A DNA stretch of 64,000 nt from a virus (lineage: Duplodnaviria; Caudoviricetes): the IMG/VR virus record IMGVR_UViG_3300020050_005398, positions 17,338-81,337 of that record, one strand, 5' to 3'. This document shows positions 59,120 through 64,000 of the stretch, one piece after another. Below the pieces are notes generated by a model. That model saw nothing but the letters and a program-made list of their open reading frames with translations. It made no database searches and was not told where the DNA came from. Position 1 is the stretch's first letter; every line of letters begins with the position of its first letter. Made by a program: the position numbers and the translations under genes.

Positions 59120-59323
59120 ATGAAATGCGCGTCGTGCGGTAGTTACTTTAAACAATCTAAATTCAATAAATCTATGTTCTGTGAGCAATGCTTGGACTTT
59201 GCTAATGATACTTACGATAAAGAATTAGAAGATGATATTGCTCAGGTTCTCAACCCATCAGGTAGAACCAAGGCTGTATTCTATGATGACTATGCTAACG
59301 ACACTGATTCTTTTTCTAGTTAA
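59120..59323 (+). CDS. Small Zn-finger protein
   Basis: CASCG...CEQC; GAGGAG SD. Confidence 0.6.
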   Translation: MKCASCGSYFKQSKFNKSMFCEQCLDFANDTYDKELEDDIAQVLNPSGRTKAVFYDDYANDTDSFSS

Positions 59324-59344
59324 TATTCTTTTGGTTATTATTAG

Positions 59345-59372
59345 TTGTAATACTAAGTAATTGTGATAGAAT
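59345..59372 (+). promoter_or_regulatory. Sigma70-like promoter for the non-coding region
   Basis: TTGTAA-16 nt-TAGAAT with TG extension, 7 nt before the tRNA-like element. Confidence 0.55.
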
Positions 59373-59379
59373 TATATTC

Positions 59380-59477
59380 GCTGATATGATCTAAGGTAAG
59401 ATGTGGGCGTGTTTATATTGAAATATAAACTGTAAGTATTAACCTACTATGCAGGTATCGTAGTCCTGCTATCAGCA
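59380..59477 (+). ncRNA. tRNA-Thr-derived pseudo-tRNA / tRNA-like element 1
   Basis: Acceptor GCTGATA/TATCAGC, D stem ATCT/AGAT, T stem GCAGG/CCTGC with 9-nt loop; anticodon loop expanded with hairpin; no CCA. Confidence 0.55.
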
Positions 59478-59813
59478 ACAAGTTTTGCGCATTAGCGCAT
59501 ACATAGCCACGCTACCTGTGGACGTTATTGTTGTGGTATATGCTCTGGTTTCATTGCGCCATTATGAAATCAACATATAATCGGGCAAATAACGCTGGAG
59601 AGCCAACCGCCAGTTAAAAGGGTTGCAACTTACACAAGTATCATAGATGTTCACAATAATGCACATTTCATAACATCTATATGTATTTTGTATCTCATAG
59701 TGAACATTGAATAATTTGAGATACAGTTTGCGGTTAAACTTTTGTTGTTACTAATGTTCGTTACTTGTAAATAAGTAGAGAGTATTAGTAACATTAAATA
59801 AATAAAAGAATTT

Positions 59814-59904
59814 TGTAACGTATATCCCGAAGGGATCGTAAACCTTTGGTTTACTTGTCAGCAGGTAGATATTTATGTCGTTGGTTCGATTCCAACCGTT
59901 ACAA
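59814..59904 (+). ncRNA. tRNA-like element 2 (UUU in a non-canonical anticodon loop)
   Basis: Acceptor TGTAACG/CGTTACA; canonical T arm GTTGG-TTCGATT-CCAAC; GTAAA-CCTTTGG-TTTAC arm; 25-nt variable region; no CCA. Confidence 0.6.
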
Positions 59905-59929
59905 ACTAATATAATAATAAAGGAGCATT

Positions 59930-60298
59930 ATGCCATTCGTTAAAGCTGATCCTAATATCAATCGTAAAGGTCGTGCGTTAGGTACGTCAAATAAAGCGAT
60001 GAGTAAACGCGACATTAAAGAACGGGAACTAATCTCGCTTGTACGCAAGGTTAAACCGCACGTTGCTACAGCTATTGCTCGTGCAGTAGCAATTATGGGT
60101 AATGAAGAAGCAGCGCACGCTAATCAGCTAAAAGCTGCTGTGCTAATCTTGCAGCAGTACCGAGATTTAGTCAAAGATATTTATGACGTAGATGATGCAG
60201 ACGAGGAGGGTACGGAGATTCAACCTGCGGCTCCAGTGTTCAGTTTGCGGATGATTAATAATGATGTTAGTACGGATAGTAAACCGGAAGAAGATTGA
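59930..60298 (+). CDS. terS: Terminase small subunit
   Basis: PFVKADPNINRKGR..G..NK start, acidic tail; upstream of terL. Confidence 0.7.
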   Translation: MPFVKADPNINRKGRALGTSNKAMSKRDIKERELISLVRKVKPHVATAIARAVAIMGNEEAAHANQLKAAVLILQQYRDLVKDIYDVDDADEEGTEIQPAAPVFSLRMINNDVSTDSKPEED

Positions 60299-60328
60299 TT
60301 ATATAGTTGTGGTATAATTGAGGTTTAT

Positions 60329-60407
60329 GTAATAGGATAGGTTGGCCGACCGACAAGATAGCTTCCCACTATTTTCCTTATTACTTTAAAGGGTGTTCTT
60401 TAGGGAG
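60329..60407 (+). promoter_or_regulatory. Structured 5' leader (three-way junction) upstream of endonuclease gene
   Basis: GTAATAGGA/TCCTTATTAC closes GTTGG-CCGA-CCGAC and ATAG-CTTCCCA-CTAT; extended -10 TGgTATAAT at 60310-60318. Confidence 0.45.
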
Positions 60408-60415
60408 AATATAAA

Positions 60416-61684
60416 ATGAAATGTTGTAATGATAAAGGTCTTTTTACGGGGTTAATTGATCAAACTGATTATAAACCAACAAAAGTAAATTTAGAGATGG
60501 ATGCTACAGCTCAAGATAGAGGTGATACGTTTATAGGAGAAGCTAAAGAAGATCACTCTAAAAGATCAATGTGTGATTACCGAAGTTTTAAGTTGAAATG
60601 TGGTCATACTCAAGATATTAGAGTAGAGCACTACAGAAAAGATAATTATTTTTGTAGAAAATGTTTCAAAGAATCACTTCACGCAATTGCGGCGGCTCAA
60701 GGTCTCGTGCTGAAGGATGAAAAAGTTGTTGGTAAGTTTACTGAGCGCAAGTATACTCGTCCTTGTGGACACGAGGAATTGTATTCCAATGATTATCTTA
60801 AAAAGCATAAAATACTAGGTTGTAAAGTATGCAAGAAAGAATCTATCATAAAGAAATCTGAAATCGGTGATTTTACAGTCGTTAAAAAGAATTCAGACAA
60901 GGTTAGTTACGATGTACTTTTCAATGCCTGCGGTCACACATGCAGGGTTAATTATAAAACTGTGGAATCTGGTACACCTGTTTGTGTGGATTGTTTTGAA
61001 CTTAGTTTGGCTAAAGAAGCAATTGAGTGCGGTCTTACATACCTACCTGAAATGCCTAAAAAGTTTGTGGAAACCATATCAAGAACAACTGCGTATAGAG
61101 CCTACTCTTGTAACACATGCTCTCATGTAGATTATTACGCGCATGTTGCTATAAGGTTGAAGAATGTAAGGTGTGACGCGTGCTACTTAAGTAGGTTAAA
61201 AGAAGAAGCATCTATTGAAGGTCTTGAATACTTATGTATGGGGACAGGACGAGGTAAGCACTTTTATAAATTACCATGTGGTTGTTGTAAGAATATCAAT
61301 CCATATGCTGTTAAATTAGGTTCTTGGGCTTGCCACACACATGACCAAACTTATTATAACCGTCCAAACAACCTCTATTTACTTAGAATAGTAAGTGAAG
61401 ATTTTTCTTGGTTAAAACTTGGTTATGCAAGGAATGTTGATAAAAGGTTTAGAGGTTACGGTACTTCATCTGATACTTCTTATGAACTACTATATTTGAA
61501 AGAATTTGATACAGCTTACGAGGTTATGCTTTTTGAAAAGAATCTGCATACACTGTTTTCTTCTTTTAGATTAGACAAGTCATTTATGAAAAAATACATG
61601 ATCAGCACAGGTCATACAGAGTGCTACCCATTGGAGTACGAGTCTTTAATTTTAGAGACAATAGAAAAGGAAATCAATGGTTAA
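60416..61684 (+). CDS. Free-standing GIY-YIG (T5orf172-like) endonuclease with five Zn-ribbon repeats
   Basis: Repeats CGH-x~16-CxxC; C-terminal LYLLRI...LKLGYA...RF...EKNLH...GHTECY; sits between terS and terL. Confidence 0.72.
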   Translation: MKCCNDKGLFTGLIDQTDYKPTKVNLEMDATAQDRGDTFIGEAKEDHSKRSMCDYRSFKLKCGHTQDIRVEHYRKDNYFCRKCFKESLHAIAAAQGLVLKDEKVVGKFTERKYTRPCGHEELYSNDYLKKHKILGCKVCKKESIIKKSEIGDFTVVKKNSDKVSYDVLFNACGHTCRVNYKTVESGTPVCVDCFELSLAKEAIECGLTYLPEMPKKFVETISRTTAYRAYSCNTCSHVDYYAHVAIRLKNVRCDACYLSRLKEEASIEGLEYLCMGTGRGKHFYKLPCGCCKNINPYAVKLGSWACHTHDQTYYNRPNNLYLLRIVSEDFSWLKLGYARNVDKRFRGYGTSSDTSYELLYLKEFDTAYEVMLFEKNLHTLFSSFRLDKSFMKKYMISTGHTECYPLEYESLILETIEKEING

Positions 61685-63215
61685 AAAGAAAAAGCCACCA
61701 ACCAGTAACAATGAGCAGTTTACTCTTGCACCTGCGTCTAAGCCTCAAGAGGACTTCCTTGAGAGTGATAGCACTATAACACTCTACTCGGGCAGTGCGG
61801 GTGCGGGTAAAACATTTGCTATTATTATTAGCCTTGTTAAATATGCTCTAAAACAGAACTCGACCATTGTATGCTTCCGTAGGACTGCTACACAATTAAG
61901 GCAAAACGGTGGTATTTGGCAGGATGCTTGCAGGATATTTAGACAAATGTTCGGTAAAGCGGCGGTTATTAGGAATAGGGATTTGGAAATTTATCTCCCT
62001 CATACTAATTCAACCATTAAGTTTTCGCACTTACAATACACATCCGATGTAAACAATCATCTTGGCGCGCAGTATAGTTATATTGTATTTGACGAAGCCA
62101 CACTCTTTGATTTTGATGAAATGATCCTACCTCTTATGGGGCGGTTACGCAATGCTAACGTAGATTATGTCCCAAAGATGGCATGGTGTACTAACCCTAT
62201 GTATAACCACGGCATTTATCATTGGATTAAAGACTTTTATCTTGACGAAGAAGGTGTTCCGTTAGATAGTGCATCTAATGTAGAGCGATATTTCGTTATG
62301 CAAGATAGTAAAATTATCTGGTTTAACGATAGGAAAGAAGCGGAAAAGATTTATGGTACTGGTAAAGATTCTGGTATTTCTAGTTTTAGGTCAATCAAGG
62401 CCCACATTAGTCAGAATTTACCTTTACTTAAAGCTAACCCTCAGTATCTTTCAAACCTAAAAGCATTACCGGAAATCAAAAGAAGGATTTTCCTCGATGG
62501 TTCTTGGACAGCTAGAGAGGAAGAAGCGGGGCTTTACAGGCGTTCTTTCAGTAAGGTAGTACCATACCCTAACCTGAAGGCTAAAAAGCGCGTAAGGGCT
62601 TGGGATTTGGCTTCACAACCTGTGTCTACTCAATCACCCAACCCTGATTGGACTAGAGGTACTTTGGTATCAAAGGACTCTGGAAGTATCTACACAGTAG
62701 AGGATATTGTAAGTATTAGGGATAGACCTCACGTTGTTGAAAACCTAATCATATCAACTGCTATAGCAGATAAAGAAATGTACGGCAGCGTAACGGTCGT
62801 GTACCCTTGTGATCCGGGGCAGGCTGGTATTGCTAGAGCTAATGAAATGAAAATGAAACTAGCTCAGGTTGGTGTTGAATGTAAGATTGTCAGGCCACAA
62901 AAAGCTAAAAGGGTTAGGTTTTTACCTGTATCAGCAATTGCTGAAGCTGGCTATCTTAACATAGTTAAGGCTGACTGGAATGAAGAATTCTTTAATGAAC
63001 TTGAAGAATTTACAGGGCTAAAAAGGGGAGAACGGGATGACATTGTTGACACATTAAGCGATAGCCTTCTTGTATTAAATACGTCACAAGAACTCCCCGC
63101 ATTCAACCTACCATCATTCTCCGTTGCAACCCCCGTTCAACAATCGTTCGTATCTGACATGCCTTACTCGCTGAGTATCCCAAGAGAATCCTTCGGTTTA
63201 CCAGCGATGAACTAA
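61677..63215 (+). CDS. terL: Terminase large subunit
   Basis: YSGSAGAGKT Walker A, IVFDEAT Walker B, RAWDLA and DDIVDTLSD nuclease motifs. Confidence 0.93.
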   Translation: MVKKKKPPTSNNEQFTLAPASKPQEDFLESDSTITLYSGSAGAGKTFAIIISLVKYALKQNSTIVCFRRTATQLRQNGGIWQDACRIFRQMFGKAAVIRNRDLEIYLPHTNSTIKFSHLQYTSDVNNHLGAQYSYIVFDEATLFDFDEMILPLMGRLRNANVDYVPKMAWCTNPMYNHGIYHWIKDFYLDEEGVPLDSASNVERYFVMQDSKIIWFNDRKEAEKIYGTGKDSGISSFRSIKAHISQNLPLLKANPQYLSNLKALPEIKRRIFLDGSWTAREEEAGLYRRSFSKVVPYPNLKAKKRVRAWDLASQPVSTQSPNPDWTRGTLVSKDSGSIYTVEDIVSIRDRPHVVENLIISTAIADKEMYGSVTVVYPCDPGQAGIARANEMKMKLAQVGVECKIVRPQKAKRVRFLPVSAIAEAGYLNIVKADWNEEFFNELEEFTGLKRGERDDIVDTLSDSLLVLNTSQELPAFNLPSFSVATPVQQSFVSDMPYSLSIPRESFGLPAMN

Positions 63216-63258
63216 CGCACTTAGCGCATTGAAACAAGAATTATAACAAAAGGAAACT

Positions 63259-64000
63259 ATGCAAAGTAATACTAAACCTAAACGTAGGGTTTCTGCGCCG
63301 AAAGTAACGGAAGTTACCAAAGCGTCAGTACCTGAAGATCAACCCCAGCGTTTTAAACTAGCTGAAGCAGGTTTCCTTGGTGTTAATCTGTGGAACGGCG
63401 TAAGTAACGACGAGATTAAACGCGAGTTGAACTTCCCGTATAGCTTGAAGACATTCAAGCAAATGTCATACCACAGTGCAATCAACGCTGCACTGACGCT
63501 GTATGAAGTAATGGCGCTTAAAGCAAACTGGAAGGTAACAGCGCCAGCTAATGCTACTCCAGAAGAAATCAAGCGTACAGACTTCATTCGTGAGTGCATG
63601 CAAGATATGGAGCATTCATGGGAAGATTTCATCCGTGATGTTCTGTCAATGAACGTATATGGATTTGCTATTCACGAGAAAGTCTATCGTAAACGCTACA
63701 CCAGTAACGGGAGTATGTATAACGATGGTTTGATCGGTTGGCAGAAACTTCCGATTCGTTCACAAGAATCTATCTCGCGGTTTGTACCTTCAGAAGACGG
63801 TAATGATATTGTCGGTGTACAGCAAAGCATGTACGGTATTACTGACAGTAGATACTTTGATAGCAAGCAAGTATTTCCACAACCACTACCAATGAAGAAA
63901 GTCATGCACTTTAAAGTAGGTAGACACCGTGGTGATCCTTACGGTAAGTCACCGTTGCGTGATGCGTATCTTGCTTGGCGTTACCTTACTGTACTTGAAG
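63259..64000 (+). CDS. Portal protein (3' truncated by window end)
   Basis: ATG 63259 after AAGGA; open to window end; SWEDFIRDVLSMNVYGFAIHEKVY portal-type motif; follows terL. Confidence 0.85.
   Translation, partial: MQSNTKPKRRVSAPKVTEVTKASVPEDQPQRFKLAEAGFLGVNLWNGVSNDEIKRELNFPYSLKTFKQMSYHSAINAALTLYEVMALKANWKVTAPANATPEEIKRTDFIRECMQDMEHSWEDFIRDVLSMNVYGFAIHEKVYRKRYTSNGSMYNDGLIGWQKLPIRSQESISRFVPSEDGNDIVGVQQSMYGITDSRYFDSKQVFPQPLPMKKVMHFKVGRHRGDPYGKSPLRDAYLAWRYLTVLE

Noticed and set aside
59591-59623. preQ1-I riboswitch
   Set aside because: Loop lacks the UUC/ligand-pairing consensus, and no queuosine gene lies downstream
59380-59904. Canonical functional tRNA genes
   Set aside because: Both candidates break anticodon-loop rules (no U33/purine-37 context or expanded loop) and lack CCA; kept only as tRNA-like
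1070-63905. Antisense/shadow ORFs in the track (e.g. 1070..1615, 16949..17278, 20761..21093, 36120..36665, 47215..47547, 53015..53347, 63339..63632)
   Set aside because: They lie opposite well-supported genes and have no SD or recognisable motifs
1-64000. Prophage/lysogeny module or bacterial flanks
   Set aside because: No integrase, repressor pair, att-like duplication or host housekeeping operon recognised

Overview
The window is a 64 kb stretch of a tailed dsDNA phage genome (Caudoviricetes). It is probably a lytic siphovirus-like phage of a Gram-negative host, and no integrase or repressor is recognisable. Gene order: end of the tail module and lysis cassette (1-3.9 kb, +); nucleotide metabolism and replication arm (4-29.9 kb, -; nrdJ, thyX, dut, endo VII, 5'-3' exonuclease, SSB, family B DNA polymerase, HNH, primase-helicase); AT-rich divergent region (~30 kb); + arm with dCMP deaminase, RNA ligase, intein-containing phosphoesterase and HU-like gene; repeat-rich junction (39.8-40.3 kb); block of small early-type genes (40.4-45.4 kb); second AT-rich region; UvrD-like helicase, PhoH, ClpP-like protease, DNA methyltransferase; a chimeric lectin/tail-tube gene; tRNA-like elements; terS, a Zn-repeat GIY-YIG gene, terL and the start of the portal. 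The most notable items are: (1) a complete, ORF-less group I intron of only 177 nt splitting the catalytic Cys codon of nrdJ; (2) five copies of an intergenic, orientation-independent double-palindrome element; (3) two remodelled tRNA-like elements in a promoter-driven non-coding region; (4) a tail-tube paralogue decorated with LamG and discoidin-like domains; (5) a perfect 37-bp GC-rich tandem array; (6) structured leaders with anti-Shine-Dalgarno loops. All calls are from motif recognition by eye; no searches or folding programs were run.
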